Shown: positions 12,661 through 26,588, counted from the first letter of the stretch. The stretch is 64,000 bases of DNA from Octopus sinensis (GCF_006345805.1 NC_042997.1:147250001-147314000), one strand, 5' to 3'. Made by a program: numbers and translations. The notes: generated by a model not told the origin, from the letters alone.

Positions 12661-13259
12661 GGCAAAGGAAAGCCGAAAATTTCTATTTAAATTATATACT
12701 TATTATTCCTACAATAACTCACTTTTTTCTACTCCACTGAATTTTAGCATCGAGAACTCAATATGCAGGCGAGATACATTTATTTGCAAAAAACAAGTTA
12801 ATTATGTTATTTGAAGTAACAAGTTAATTTACTTAACACAAGTTCAGTTGAAGTAAACATATTTAATGCAGGAAACATCAAAAAGATCTTTGTAAAAAAA
12901 AAGAGTAAATTATTCTCTGAATATTTCAAAAGTTTCTAAACACTCACATATCACTTTATTACTTTGTTAATTATACAATTTTTTTTCGTTTCTTCGCAAT
13001 TTATATTTTAGTGTAATTTCCCGAGTATTAATTTTTTTGTGTATATATACTTGCTGTGTTTGAAGTTCGTATGTTCAACTGTTTGTGCTTCGTCTCCATT
13101 ATTGTATGAATTTATACTTGTGAAACATTGAAGCTTAAATGATAAACGTTGCTAAATTGTATGCATTGTTGTTACTGTTAGTGTGGTGTATTATCACTGA
13201 AATATTTCGATGATAGTGATTTTTGAAAAGAACAGAGAAGGTATTCTTTTTCTTTCAGT

Positions 13260-13301
13260 CTACTACTACTACTACTACTGCTGCTGCTGCTACTATTACT
13301 A

Positions 13302-13336
<35 letters not shown>

Positions 13337-13362
13337 ACTACTACTACTACTACTACTACTAC
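13260..13362. repeat. (CTA)n/(CTG)n compound microsatellite
   Basis: Directly visible. Confidence 0.95.
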
Positions 13363-13506
13363 ATGTAATCATAATACACACACACACAGCTAGTTCATTT
13401 ATGCAAATTATCATAAGCTGTAACAGTCCACTATTCCCGTTGCATGTCTGAATCTTATATCAGCTTGAGACAAGGTAGGGCATTTACTCTTGTGATGAAA
13501 CCTATT

Positions 13507-13687
13507 CTTTTCTACTCTAGGTACAAAGCCCGAAATTTTGGGGGAGGGGGCTGATCGATTAGATCGACCCCCAATACGCAGCTTGAACTTAATTTATCGA
13601 CCCCGAAAGGATGAAAGGCAAAATCGACCTCGGCGGAATTTGAACTCAGAACGTAAAGACAGATGAAATACCGCTAAGCTCGGCTTA
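13507..13687 (-). mobile_element. SINE family A, 5'-truncated, tail A, with TSD
   Basis: Flanked by gtgatgaaacctatt and gtgatgaaacttatt (15 bp, 1 mismatch); core gaccccgaaaggatgaaaggcaaaatcgacctcggcggaatttgaac. Confidence 0.9.
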
Positions 13688-15504
13688 GTGATGAAACTTA
13701 TTGAGGCAGAAATATGTTCACAGCTGCCATCTTGCTTCCTGAAAAATAAAAACTAAAACGATAAAAAAAACAGACAAAAAATCCAGGCTTTTCCTCAATG
13801 CATATCAATTCCAGAAAATTTTTGATTCTTCAGATTACCTTCCCTGCACATTCGGACTTGATCACAATAGCTACTACGTATTTGTCTACCATCTCTCGAA
13901 GTTTCAATAAATCAAGACTTTATCTTGAACGGTGTTTAATATATCTTTCGTTGTTCAAATTCACGTCACTGGTCACAGTGTGATGTTTCTCTTAGATCAA
14001 TTTTGGGATGCACTGCCGCCCACATACTCACACATGTATTTGTATGAGTGTGTGCGTCTTTATTTTCTCTCTGTATATCTTCCCCTACTCTTTCAATAGT
14101 GCTTCATCTTTCACTGAATTACAATTTAGTTATCATTACTCGACATTCCTTTTGGAAAGAACCTCGATAAAAAAAAACACCCTCTTGTTCATAGGTATTT
14201 ACAGGCAGGGCGGGATGATCAATCGAGAGCTATTGAACTTACAGATTCTTGGTAGACTTTGATAAACGTGTACAAGAAGGAACTGTTATGATGTCTTTTG
14301 ACCTATTAGAAATAACAACCAAATTCTCTGACGTCACATATTGAACTATAAATGGACAAATGTACAAAGGTATGAGAGGGAAAGTTAATGTATGACTGTT
14401 CTTGAATATGTTTGCTCGAGCAGAGCTGACATGATCTTATCATTCGCAACCTCCTCCTCATGATTAGCATTGACAACGAAAACAACAACTACAATATTTG
14501 GAAGGAGTAAAAACATCGTTCATACAACTTTCCACACAGAAGTCATCACCTTCATCACAAATTCTGTTGATCAAGTCCTGGCAACGTCAGCCTTGTCTTT
14601 CATTCTGTCGGGGTGAAGAAAATGTACCAATCCAAGGCAGGGAATTGGCGGAACTGTAGAACTATCAGAGCGGATAACTTTTCCAATTTGTTTCAGGTTT
14701 ATGCATTCTACAAATCCCGTTATGGCCTACTAGGGTAGTAGACATAACCCGTTGCACAGTTTCACACCACCACCCGGTACCTTGGGTGCAAGCATCCGGG
14801 TTGGGTTCCTAGTGTGACGATAAATTCCTGTTTAAGGATAGCTAATTAGTCTTGGAATCAATGTAACGGGTTATGAGTATTGCCTTCTTCCTCGACTAAA
14901 GGAGAATTCACCATGGAACTTATTTTTAGGTATGTGTCTTGTTGAATTCAAATTCCGTCGTATTCAGCTTTACTATTATTCCTTCGAGATTCAGTAAAAT
15001 TTATATTAATGATTAAGTCGATCATCCTACTTTTCTACATTTGTATATTACTTAGTGTCATATTTAAAAATGATTTTTAATTTCATTATCGCTGTTAACA
15101 TTATTTAGATGCTGGCCAGACCGATGAGTGGACTGATTATGAAAGGCTTTCCTTGCCTGGAACATCATATGTTTAGTATTTCTACAGCTACATTGTCCAA
15201 AGTATCCTTCTTTATTATCACAATCAGGGGTGATGTAAGGAAATCTTTTTCGTAACTTCAAACAGGTCAAACGATTGCAAAGGTAGTCCTTTGTTGGTTC
15301 GTATTATTGTTGAGTGGGCAGGAAGGAAATAGAATTAAGGCACATCCCTAAATATCTTCTCTGGTATATAGGTTCTTTTACGTTCTAAGTTGAATTCAAG
15401 TACGACCGAGGTCAGTTTTGTTGTTTGTCTTTCCAGGATCAATAGAGTGTCAGTCCTTATATGATGTCGATTTCTCACTCTTTCATTCTCTTTTATTCTG
15501 GAAG

Positions 15505-15745
15505 AAATTGGCTGTGGGTCGACCTGTCGGAAGGTCCAGTTCCGTCAGGTCTAAAAAAGGTGTCCAACAGGCGACATATATCAGGTCTATACTGCAACAC
15601 CTCCAACAGGAGTCGCGAGTTCAAGGCAAAGGAAGACATGGTCATGTGGTTATTGAGTTTGATCAACACCAACAACGTTTCGGATACGATCCGTCGGTAT
15701 ATATCATTCCAGTTCACAAGTGCTAAGTACGTAAACCAACAGCCT
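15505..15745 (+). CDS. Candidate host-gene exon, product unknown
   Basis: GC-richer non-repetitive island after a pyrimidine tract and AG, ending cct|GTAAGT; frame NWLWVDLSEGPVPSG...KYVNQQP is open throughout, and a second frame is open almost to the end. Confidence 0.4.
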
Positions 15746-16542
15746 GTAAGTATATTTTGAAGCGTTAGTCGGTTAAAGCTTATCACTAGGCTCTTTTGTA
15801 CGTTGAGCATCCTGGCTTTTCCATTTCTTCTTTCGTGACTGATAAACCGACAGAAAATAAGAACCAGTAATACACTGCTTCGATGAAATTGAACAGAATC
15901 CTATTCCCAAATATTTGACTGTCTGCCAAGTTTTAGAAATCAATGCAAGCTTAATCTTCAAACGGAAAGAAAGAGAAGTAGAGCGTTTAAACTTAGATTC
16001 GATTGAAACAGAGAAACCCCGAACACGCAGACACACGGACGTATCAGCACTTACAATATATATTCATACACACACATAAACGCGTAGACACACACATTCA
16101 CATACGATCATTCCCCCCTCACCACATTTATATACAAACACATAGATATAAACACACGTATTCCTTGTATTGTTGGTTAGCGGTTTGTCAATAACGTTGC
16201 ATTAATACAGCCGTTTGTGTGGCTGGGTGAATAACCTCTCGTGGTCACAGTTCACACGTAACTATGCTTATGAGACTTGCTTTTCACACAGTACTATTTC
16301 AAAGTATTGACTTTAATATGATATTTCTAACATCGATTAGATAAAGTTTCAAATAGAAATATTTATGTCCCGACAGTAAACTACGTGAAATAACTAACTA
16401 ATAACTAATTTTCTTTTTTTTTCTCTATATTCTTAATGTATTTCCTAGTCAGAAGTATATATATCAAATATTTCTGATCTTCTTTCCGATGTATATATGT
16501 GTGTATATATAAATGTGTGTATATATAAATGTGTATATATAA

Positions 16543-16586
<44 letters not shown>

Positions 16587-16727
16587 TCTTCTACTTGCTT
16601 CAGTCATATATATATGTGTATGTATAAATGTGTATATATATATATATATATAAATGTATGTATGTATGTATGTGTATATGTGTGTATAAACACGTTTATG
16701 TATGTATGTAATTATGTATGTATGTGT

Positions 16728-17578
<851 letters not shown>

Positions 17579-18559
17579 TTATCTCTCACCAGATGGAATA
17601 CTTTCTGTTGATTTTGCCATCAAGGAACAGTACACTATATGTATGTGCGTGTGTGTGTTCATTATAAACTGATAGTGAAATACTCATCGTTTTGTTTAAT
17701 CTTTTGTTTAATCAACATACTGTTAACCTCATAGCGAAAGAAAAAAAGAAAATTAAAGAAAGCAGTTTTGCTCTTCCGTAGGAAGAGGCTGTAGGATCAA
17801 TCAGATAAAGTATGCTCATCTTGTTACCACAGAAAAATTAGGTGCTCATGGCTTTTTCTTGTGCAGACATACTAGGACTCAGCTAAACTGGGAAGTTTAA
17901 TTTGCCTAATACAAGAGCAGAAAATATCAAATATTAAATATGTCATTGTACATCACATTTCTTGTTTGTATGAACTCTAAAAAAACTTTAAGTTATTTAT
18001 TTATCTCTCTGTCGACAGAAGATGGGTAATATGTATCTGCTGAAACGTTTCAGGGATTACAAGCGATTCAGATCGATGTAATTATTTCTGCTCATAGAGG
18101 GATAAAACTTGAAGTGAAAACACTTTATACAACGAAACAAACGATGCATGTTAAATAAAAAAAAGATATACCTTGCATTTTATATAACCAAAAAATAAAA
18201 CGAAGCAACTCCACCTACAAAAAAAAGAATGGGTAATATAGTTCATTATAGATGAGTTTATTAATCTAAACTGTCAGCGCATGTACTGTTATGCAAATTA
18301 GACTAACCAGTCTAAATGAATCGCAGTTTGCTTACACTTTAAAAAGCTATAAACCACGAGCTGTCCGTGGGGAGAAAACAAGAATTGTTCTTCTAATTGA
18401 AGTCTACTGACACTTGATAAACAGTCAAGTTTCTCCTAATATTTCTGTTCACGGAGAGGCAAAGCCCTTGGGTGTAACACTTTTATTTACTTTTCATAGC
18501 TTGATTAAATTGTTTTGTTTATTAAGAAATGATATTTTACATTTCAGATGTTTTTTTGT

Positions 18560-18592
18560 TTCTATGTATGTATGTGTATTTATGTATGCATA

Positions 18593-18633
<41 letters not shown>

Positions 18634-19780
18634 AAAGGCACACGTATATATACACATTCATGTATATATATGTATATGTACATATATATATACATCTACA
18701 TATATACATCTACACACATATATATATATATACACATATATATTTATATATATATATATACATTCATATACAGATAAACATGCACGCACAACACACACAC
18801 AGAAGCATTCACACACTCACACAAGCACACACACACGCACACACACACACATATATATATTTACATTACGTGTATGCATCCATAGATTCACGAATAGAGA
18901 TGTATACACATTCATTTATATATATATACGATCGTGTGCATGCTCTGACGCCCTCACGCACTTAGACATTCCCACACACGTGCGCGCACACGCACGCACG
19001 CACACATACACACGCACACACACATACTTACACAAACACACCTACTTGTGTCTGTACAGTACTTTGTTTTTGCTTTCGCGATACAATCTTTATAAACGCA
19101 ATAATATGTGTACACAGTTTATACAAGAGGAAAACTCTTATCTATTTGTTCCATCATTTCACCTTACCATTTATTTACACTTCAGCTACTCATCTTAAGT
19201 AGCTATTTATCTTGGCAGTTTGTCTATCTAAAGTATTATGTTTTGATAAAGAAAAGTCAGTTTTGTTTAACAAACTGTAGTTATAGATTTTGTACCATTA
19301 GTCATTTTACACATTGCACTACAAAATATCTTCGATTTGTAATTTCAAACTTAGAAATAAAAATCAAAGAGAATTTAAAAAAAATATGCATTTATTTATT
19401 TATTTTCATTGAAACGTATATTGTATGTAAAATAGATGAATGGCATTCAGAATTTCAGAATATAATTAGTTACTTATTTTAATATTCATAAATTCAAGAA
19501 TGTATGTATGTATGTATGTATGTATGTATGTATGTGAGTGTGTGTGTGTGTACGTACATTTACATGTATCTGTTATATATATATACTCTTTTATATGTGT
19601 GTGTGTGTGTGTGTAAAGAAAGTGTGAAAATGTGTGAAGAATGATAATTGCATGAAAAACTAGTAACGTAGCTGACACATAAACGCATGAACACACACAC
19701 ACACACTCACATGCATGTGTGTGTGCGTGTATGTGAGTGTATTTATGTATATGTATATATGTATGTATCCATATATATAC

Positions 19781-19824
<44 letters not shown>

Positions 19825-19844
19825 ATGTAGTAGATATATATGCA

Positions 19845-19876
<32 letters not shown>

Positions 19877-19932
19877 CATAGACATATGTAGTAGATACAT
19901 ATGTATACATGCATACACACACACACACACAC

Positions 19933-19997
<65 letters not shown>

Positions 19998-20080
19998 GTT
20001 CATGCATCTGTGTTTCCATATCTATCTATCTATCTTTCTATATAACTACCACTCCTAACACACATATACACACACACGTT
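18560..20080. repeat. Two blocks of (TA)n/(CA)n/(TATG)n simple repeats (18560-19045 and 19500-20080)
   Basis: Directly visible; source of the YIYI/THTH ORFs. Confidence 0.95.
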
Positions 20081-20759
20081 CATATTACATTATTTATGGT
20101 GATTTTTCAGCATATTGCATAACAAAGTTTATAACATTCACAGAAAATATTTGTGTACCAAGCGCAAACAAACGAATTTACTGAGTTGTATATTTTTTTC
20201 TCTTTCTTGGAATGATGTTGCATAAAAATTACATTTTGTACCATAAATTTATAATATTCAGGCAGCCTAAAAAGAAAATAACTTTTGCTATAAATCATAA
20301 GTAGAAATAATCTTGTTAGCTGCCGGAAGTAAAATAGGAAGTGATTCGTTGAAATTCATTAAAAAAATATTTCTTTAGATTCGTGAAATATTCTATTTTA
20401 AAGTGTAAGCAATTTAAATAAAACTAACAAATTAAGCTGAAATATAAGTTGGTTTTAAATAAATACAGTCACATATTCTTTGTGTAATTCAATGTAAAAT
20501 TGAAATCTAAATTGCTGATTCCAATAACTGTTGAAATAAATAGATTCTTTGAGTGTATATAGTTTCATTGTATACAGCAAGAATAATGTTGATGTATAGA
20601 ATAATAAAAACTGATCAGTCTTGCCGAGAAAAGTTCCAAGAACGGGAATGTAATTAAATGGCTCGTCAGCAGAAGAAACAAATTATGCTAAATAATGTAT
20701 GACTGTCACTTAGATTCCACTATAAATGTGCGTTCAAATGGAATTAGACAACTGTGAAG

Positions 20760-20960
20760 GTGTGTGGCCGAGTGGTAAAAATGTTATGCATACAATCATG
20801 ATTTCGATTCTTGGACAACGCGGTAAGTTGCTTTGTTGAGTAAAACGTTTCATTTCACGTTGATTCAGTCTGTAAACCTGCATCGGACTGGTTTTCCATT
20901 GCGGGTGAATGTTATGATTTCGGTCATTTATAGACCATACAAACTGGTTAACTAGCCATA
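20760..20960 (+). mobile_element. Old tRNA-derived CORE/V-like SINE
   Basis: gtggccgagtggtaaa A-box, atttcgattctt B-box-like, ttgagtaaaacgtttcatttcacgttg, cctgcatcggactgg. Confidence 0.6.
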
Positions 20961-21583
20961 GGAGTAGTAGATTGTACTTACATTTAATTAAATCACTGTA
21001 GAGAAAATTGCTGTGTAGTTTTAGACAGATCGAAATCGGAGATCAACTGTTCAATATCCACTACTACGGGGTATTTGTTCTGTAGTAGAAATAGTCTTCA
21101 CTGTTGCTTTTTGTTGATGCTGTTTTGAAGATTCCAGGCAATAATGAGATCTGCATTAACAGCTCAAGTTGGTGGCCAACATAAAATCGGACGAATATAG
21201 GTAGAGAGGGAATTATAGGACGCAAACGTTCTGGGTAGGAATAATTGTGAGAGCAGTTAGCGCGAAACCTCGAGGTAGGGATGGACACAATAAAGCGTTC
21301 AAAGGAGTGACGACGAATGAGTAGCGAGAGTCTGAATAACTGTGGGTTCTGATTTGTTACGATTAACCCCAGTCATTGCAGTAGGATTTGAAAGGCAGAT
21401 TGATGAAATGCTCGCCAGTGGTAGGCTAACAACTTTAAACCAACCTGTTGGGTGAACTGCTTTTGGATGTAGTCTAGGAAGTCTCTATGAAGGATAGCAG
21501 CACAATTCCACGTACTAAATTAAATTCTTTTAAATATAATTATTAGCGAGAGAAGCAATATTAATAATAAAAGGCAATATTAA

Positions 21584-22224
21584 AAGCGGATGTTGTGTCA
21601 GAACTCACAATACTGTAATAGCTACCGCGAGAGAAACTCTCATATGGGTTTTTGGTGCATATAAGCACTCTTGTTTACATCGCCAGCAGGCGGATAATTG
21701 CTGGCCATTGCCACCACCGCAACTGCCAGATCACGTGATTTCGGACTTCCCTATCCTCGTCAGTGGCAGACACTCGGACGCTGGAGATAGCAGCGATATG
21801 TCTGCTAGTGATATACATAGAATCTCAGTGCCTAAACAGGCACCGAAAGCCGATATTAGAGTTTCTCTCGTGGTAACTATCGCAGTATCTTGTGTACTAA
21901 TACAACATGCATTTTTAAGTATTAATACTGCTTCTATCGTTCATAATTAGTTTTAATAAGCCCACTAGCTGTTCGCGACACCAGTGCCTGTTCTGGCACT
22001 GTAATTCTAGATATCGCTTTCTCCAGCGTCCGAGCATCTACCATTTACCAGGCTTCGAAAGGCCGAAATTACGTGATCTCGTAGTCTCGGCGTTGGGAAT
22101 GGCGGCTGACTTATCTCCCCGCTAGCGATGTATACAAGAGCGCTTATATACAGCCAAAGCCTATATGAGAGCTTCTCTCATAGTACCTGCCGCAGTATCC
22201 GGTGTTTTAACACAACATCCACTT
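21584..22224. mobile_element. Fold-back non-autonomous DNA transposon (TTAA-flanked, Kolobok-like)
   Basis: ttaa|aagcggatgttgtg ... cacaacatccactt|ttaa; arms 21584-21845 and 21985-22224 are diverged inverted copies; an extra internal copy of the terminus lies at 21857-21934. Confidence 0.6.
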
Positions 22225-23410
22225 TTAAGTGGGGATAAATATTATATTTTAAATATTATTTTAATTTAGCACATAACGCTAACGAGCATGTGACTGCTCC
22301 TTTGTCATCTCGTTATTAGAATCCTATAAATATTCTGCATATAGGAAGGTCGTAGATTTATACAAATAGAAAGCTACTATAACGGATCTCCAGTAGATAT
22401 AGCAAATACTCTACTCTTTCCTCTAGATTTAGCAACTAAACAGTGAGATGATTAGGCAGATGAATAAAAGTATAGACACTTTACAAAGGGACACCTATCT
22501 ACTCAATGGTATGTGACTTGTCAAAGCATTAATTTAACGTACTGAAGTTTCTCTTGGAAGCAGCAGAAATATAAAGAACATCAGACTAATCGAAAGCACT
22601 TAAACATAGATATACTTTGCTTTCTGTTCCTTTAGGTTTCCATAAATCTTCATTCTCACAATATCATGGTCTCAATATGTCTAGGTCTAGAGCATGACAG
22701 ATGAAAATATTCATTATTTCAAAAGAAGACGGGAATTGTGTCTACATAAACAAATAGGTTATTGCTTATTGAGAAGTACAAAATTTTAATGCAGATATTT
22801 AATATATTGTACAGAAAATATGAATTGATTTTGACTTGCCGAAATCAGTTTTCTGTTTAAAATTTTCATTTTACCCACTGGGTCTGAAAAATGAGATTTT
22901 TCAACGGTTGCATGGTTTAATGGTTTCCAATCCAAATTTGCGCATTTTTACGCGCTTTTTTAATATATCGTTATTTTAACTACGAATAAAATCTCTTACA
23001 CTGCCATTACTTTATATTAAACGATGAACTTCTCGGCAAATATTTTTCAAATATTTTTCTATTATAACATATATCTACAGATATTGTTTTTGCATCCATG
23101 CACAGAATTGCTCAATATAGAAATAATATTCAGAACACGACTGTTAAACTGCGGTTTTCTGTTACTACTAAGTCATGTTGCTTCACAGTCAAAAACGGAA
23201 ACCTCATGTAATAATGCATGGTAAAAATTAATCTCAGAAAAAATAAAATGAATAACAACCGCTACTTCATGTAGTGAATAACTTTCCTTTTAATTTTATA
23301 AATTTACACCCACCCACATATACATATATATTAATGTGTGTGTATATATATAAAACCTGGAAATGAATGTGTGGCCTTCGATCATATAATAGTATGAATA
23401 ATATAGAAAT

Positions 23411-23851
23411 ATATGCATATATACATACATATACGTACATACCTACATATATATGTATATATACATGCATAGATGGGTACAGTACATAAAAAAAAACGTA
23501 GACAAAATGAGAAACGAGAACATAAAAAACATGGAAGACGTACTTTTTTCGAACAACGAAAGAAACAGAGAAACGAGACAGACAATATAAAAAACATTCC
23601 CTTCATCAGTTATCCCCGAAACGCAGAGTAGATAAAACAGGGGACAACTGATGAAGGGAATGTTTTTATGTTGCTTTTCTCGTTTCTCTATTTGTTTTTT
23701 TCTTTCGTTGTTCTAAAAAAGTTAGTTTTCTATGTTTTTGTTTTTCCATGTTCTCGTTTCTCATTTTGTCTACGTTTTTTTATGTCCTCTATTCATATAT
23801 GCATGTATATATACATATATATGTAGGTATGTACATATATGTATGTATATA

Positions 23852-23858
<7 letters not shown>
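23411..23858. repeat. Long inverted repeat, arms about 205 bp, 22-bp spacer
   Basis: aaaacattcccttcatcagttatcccc|gaaacgcagagtagataaaaca|ggggacaactgatgaagggaatgtttt; aaaaacgtagacaaaatgagaaacgagaaca versus tgttctcgtttctcattttgtctacgttttt; arms include flanking TA-rich repeat. Confidence 0.9.
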
Positions 23859-23888
<30 letters not shown>

Positions 23889-24362
23889 TTTTTTCTTTTA
23901 CTTGTTTCAGTCTTTTGACTGCGGCCACGCAGTATATATATATATATACATGTGTGTGTGTATGTGTGCATATCATTACACATCTGTTACATATATTTTT
24001 CTATATGTGCTTTGTGCATATACACTCATCACGTTTGATATAATTAAAACTACCATATAAACGTTAACGCAAAGAAAAGAAATACAAGGACGTATAGAAG
24101 ATTATGTACTTTTACTTATATATGTTGGGGGCTAATGATAATCTTTTCCCTGAAATAACGTAAAGTTTTACTGGTTTAAAGACTTCATGTGAAAAATTTG
24201 CCCGTTCTCTGTGTTATTTTCCTTTCAGATTTAATTAGAATGTTTAATTACGATTCTTATCTGTATCAAATTTATAATTATTGCCGCTATCATGGTCGAC
24301 ATTTTCTTTCACTAAGAGCAGAATTTTCATTATCACCATATCTCCAACCATATCCCATGTGT

Positions 24363-24397
<35 letters not shown>

Positions 24398-24416
24398 TAT
24401 ATATGTATGTATGTAT

Positions 24417-24607
24417 ATGATGACGAAAGCAGCTATACGCAATATAAAACTAAAAAGGAAAAATTCAGTTGTCACTACTTCTGTTTGAGGGTGCCGGGCA
24501 GTACCTATATTGCTAGAAATAAGAGTTAAAACACTTAGAGACGCATGAAAGCATATTTTACATATATTGATTTTTGGTTTTATATTGCGTATAGCTGTAT
24601 TCATCAT
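24417..24607. repeat. Inverted repeat, arms about 40 bp
   Basis: cagctatacgcaatataaaactaaaaa versus tttttggttttatattgcgtatagctg. Confidence 0.8.
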
Positions 24608-24814
24608 TTTATAATTTTCACATTAGCATTTTGCTAAATCAGCCATAAATTTATATTGTAAATATATATATACACTGACAGACCAGCTTTAGCTAAACCA
24701 TTCAGCGATGGAGTAGTAACTATTGACGCGCTTGTAATTTTCTAGTACGGGGCGGTTATATCCCCTGTCAGTATATGAAAATGTGCTTTCCTGCAACTCT
24801 AAGGGTTTTAACTC

Positions 24815-25030
24815 TTATTTGTGGTTGGACGGCTACTTCTTGCATCGTTCACAGATTCCTTGGTCATCAGCTTGGCATGACAACTTTTTATTGTCTCCAA
24901 ATGTAGTGTTGCATGCGTACCTTTCCATGCACGCCACCATCTCTGAACCAAAACAATGGAATTCCGCACTCCATAGCGTGCTGCTATCTTTTATTCGCTC
25001 CTGAACAGTCAAGCGACCGGCCATCTAGAA
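24815..25030 (-). mobile_element. 5' fragment of a Tc1/mariner-superfamily transposase (DUF4817-like HTH)
   Basis: With one frameshift the minus strand reads MAGRLTVQERIKIAARY...SIVLVQRWWRAWKG...TIKSCHAKLMTKESVNDARSSRPT. Confidence 0.6.
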
Positions 25031-25194
25031 AATAAGAAATAGACAATAGGAAAATTAAAAAAATCCTCATTATTGTTGTCTGTTTAAAAATGTTTTCGTC
25101 ATTGCTTCAGTGATACAAAAAATTCAGTAAGCAGTATATATATATGTTTGTATGTATATACGTATGTGTGTGTCTTTTGTTTGTATTTCATCTT

Positions 25195-25578
25195 TTCTTG
25201 TACTTGCTTCACTCATTAGATTGCGGCCATGCTGGAGCACCGCCTTGAAGAATCTTAGTTGTACAAATGGGCCCCAATATTTTTTGTTTTTAGTCTTTGG
25301 CACTTATTCTATCGGTCACTTTAGCAGAACCTCTAAGTTAGAAGGACATAATCATACCAACACCAATTGTCAAGCGGGGGTGAGGGACGAACACAAAGTT
25401 ACACACACACCACACACACATATGTATATACAACAGGCTTCTTTCGCTTTCGGTCTATCAAATTCACTCCTAAGGCTTTGGTGTGCTCGAAGTTGTAGCA
25501 GAAGGCACTGAACCACACTGTGACACTGAACCCGGATCCATGTGAGGGGTATGCAAACTTCTTAGCATACAGTCCTAC
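25195..25578 (-). mobile_element. SINE family B
   Basis: tgcggccatgctggagcaccgccttgaag ... acttattctatcggt ... ggctttggt ... actgaacccgga. Confidence 0.85.
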
Positions 25579-25580
25579 AA

Positions 25581-25673
<93 letters not shown>

Positions 25674-25683
25674 GTAAATATAA

Positions 25684-26079
25684 TATGTGAGAATTATTCG
25701 GTAGCCATGATAAAACTCCGGGTTTCGGATGTCGGGGCGGAAATCCATCCGCCATCTTTTCAGTTATCGGGCTATCGAAAGAAAAAAATGCTATGAAAAT
25801 GACCGTTAAACAAAGAGAAATTACTCTATGATTGACCGTTATTAAGACAATGATTACTATGAACATTTTTACTCACTTACCTTTACTCCTTCCCCTTATT
25901 TAGCGGTCATTCTAATAGCAGTTTTGTCTTAATAACACAGTAATTTCCCTTTGTTTAATGGTCATTTTTATAGCATTTTTTTGCGATGGTCCGATAACTG
26001 AAGAAATGCTGGCGTAGGTCTCCACCCCGACATCTGAAACTCGGAGTTTTATCATGGCTACCGAATAATTGTCACATAT
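25684..26079. repeat. Long inverted repeat, arms about 170 bp, each carrying a type I hammerhead-like motif (Penelope-like inverted termini)
   Basis: aattattcggtagccatgataaaactccgggtttcggatgtcgggg versus ccccgacatctgaaactcggagttttatcatggctaccgaataatt. Confidence 0.85.
25993..26053 (+). ncRNA. Type I hammerhead-like motif (mirror copy on minus strand at 25709-25768)
   Basis: gataa CTGAAGA aatg...catct GAAAC tcgga GTT ttatc: stem I gataa/ttatc, core boxes and GUH triplet; the minus copy has CTGAAAA, CGAAAC and a CCGG loop. Confidence 0.6.
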
Positions 26080-26155
26080 ATTTACTGATAAATTCCTCTA
26101 TTTACATAATATCGAGGTCTTTTTCATTCTTTTGTTGTCTTGCCATTTGTATCAG

Positions 26156-26235
<80 letters not shown>

Positions 26236-26314
26236 CGCGGTGGATTTTGAAAAATTATAACATGTAAACAAGAGGCATGTTCTGTATCGCCTCGTATTAT
26301 ATGTTAACCATGGC

Positions 26315-26393
26315 TTCCTGCTGATGAGAGCTTCGCCAATTGGAAATTATTTTATTTACAAAGGATTGCTTGAAACTATGTATAGTCCAGGAA
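26315..26393 (+). ncRNA. Type I hammerhead ribozyme, near-canonical
   Basis: ttcctg CTGATGA gagc...gctt GAAA ctat gt atag TC caggaa: 6-bp stem I, intact CUGAUGA and GAAA, stem II with G-U closing pair, 5-bp stem III, GUC triplet at 26385-26387. Confidence 0.8.
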
Positions 26394-26530
26394 AAATAGG
26401 GTAAATGTTTACATTTTTCATTACCTTTCGAAATTACCACTATTTAGTGGTTTGTAGTTTAACTACTCTTTCTAGCGAGTCAGATGACTTGTTATATCTT
26501 ATGTGTTTAAATGTAAAGTGTATCTTTATA

Positions 26531-26588
<58 letters not shown>

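Noticed and set aside
18010-18056. Hammerhead-like cagaagatgg...ctgaaacgtttcaggga
   Set aside because: Core too degenerate to support by eye
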